Source: the human T2T-CHM13v2.0 reference genome, Homo sapiens. From it: 64,000 nucleotides of DNA. The notes under the pieces are model-generated. The model was not told the origin of the DNA. It was given only the letters and a program-made list of their open reading frames with translations, and did not search any database. The position numbers and the translations under genes are program-made. Within the stretch, counting starts at the first letter, position 1; every line of letters starts with the position of its first letter. The DNA lies in the NCBI RefSeq assembly GCF_009914755.1, contig NC_060947.1. One strand, given 5' to 3'. Below are positions 61,801 through 64,000 of this stretch, piece by piece.

Positions 61801-62561
61801 GCCGTCAATACAGTTTTCCATGAATATGTGTGCCTGTGTATATGTATGTAATACAAATGTCCACTGGGAGACTGCAGCAAAGAGATGTCTCTCATGTGAT
61901 ATAAACTAATTTATCCACTGTAGTTATCACTGAGCAGTCACCCTGTTCTTTTCTCCTTTTCTGAATCCCATTTGTCTACAACTGCTGCCTGACGAGCTAC
62001 TCAGAAAAGCATGACCACTGATACCACCTATAGTGTCAAGTAAACTGTCTCTGCATGCTTCAAAAATGCTCGCTCTTTAGGGTATCAAATCAGTACTGAG
62101 TCCCAAGAATAGGCAAAAAGGGCTTTTCCTATTCTGTATTACACTGTGTTGACTTAGATCTAAAGCTAACCCACTTACGCCCAGAATTTCAGAGCCTTTC
62201 TTGAATGTTCCCTGCCATTTCTGGTTTGTTCATCCTTCTCTAACCACAAGGGGTCACTCAGTACACAGGGCTGGGAACACATCCTATATTATCACCTCTG
62301 TTCTCTTTCTTCATCTCTTTTGGTTCCTCTCCCCAGAATAAACAAACAAACAAACAAACACTTCTCATAGTTTATCAATGGTAACAAATGGATATTAGTA
62401 TGTGGAGAGTGGAGGGTAGACAGGGAGCTCATTACACTAGCTGCAGCCAACACAAGAGTTCCCATTATACTTTAGCCATAGTAAAATATTCGTAGTCTTT
62501 TGATTTAATTGATCCTTCCTTAAAATGGTGTGTGTGTTGGGTGGGGTTGCAGTCGCAAATA

Positions 62562-64000
<1,439 letters not shown>

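Overview
Mammalian, primate-type genomic DNA (Alu- and L1PA-rich). The spliced peptide matches my recollection of human MORC4 (Xq22). The left 37 kb holds coding exons 1-9 of MORC4 on the minus strand (1157 nt, GHKL ATPase plus S5 region; exon 10 lies off the left edge), with a CpG-island promoter at about 35.6-36.9 kb. The right 27 kb is repeat-rich, and I found no gene there. Highlights: (1) two U12-type minor introns, AT-AC intron 4 and GT-AG intron 7, each flanked by an exon pair whose joint skipping keeps the frame; (2) a full-length, TSD-flanked L1PA6-like element in intron 9 whose ORF0-like frame is intact, points the same way as MORC4 and has phase-2 donors matching intron 9, a candidate ORF0-MORC4 fusion lacking the ATPase; (3) an old L1MA insertion with a 3' transduction and a ~255-bp locally templated insert; (4) an LTR16-type ERVL provirus apparently split by a ~6.3-kb block of genomic DNA; (5) a 47-bp tandem duplication upstream of the ATG. 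Exon boundaries were read base by base. Repeat subfamily names and boundaries are by-eye estimates from recalled consensus sequences.
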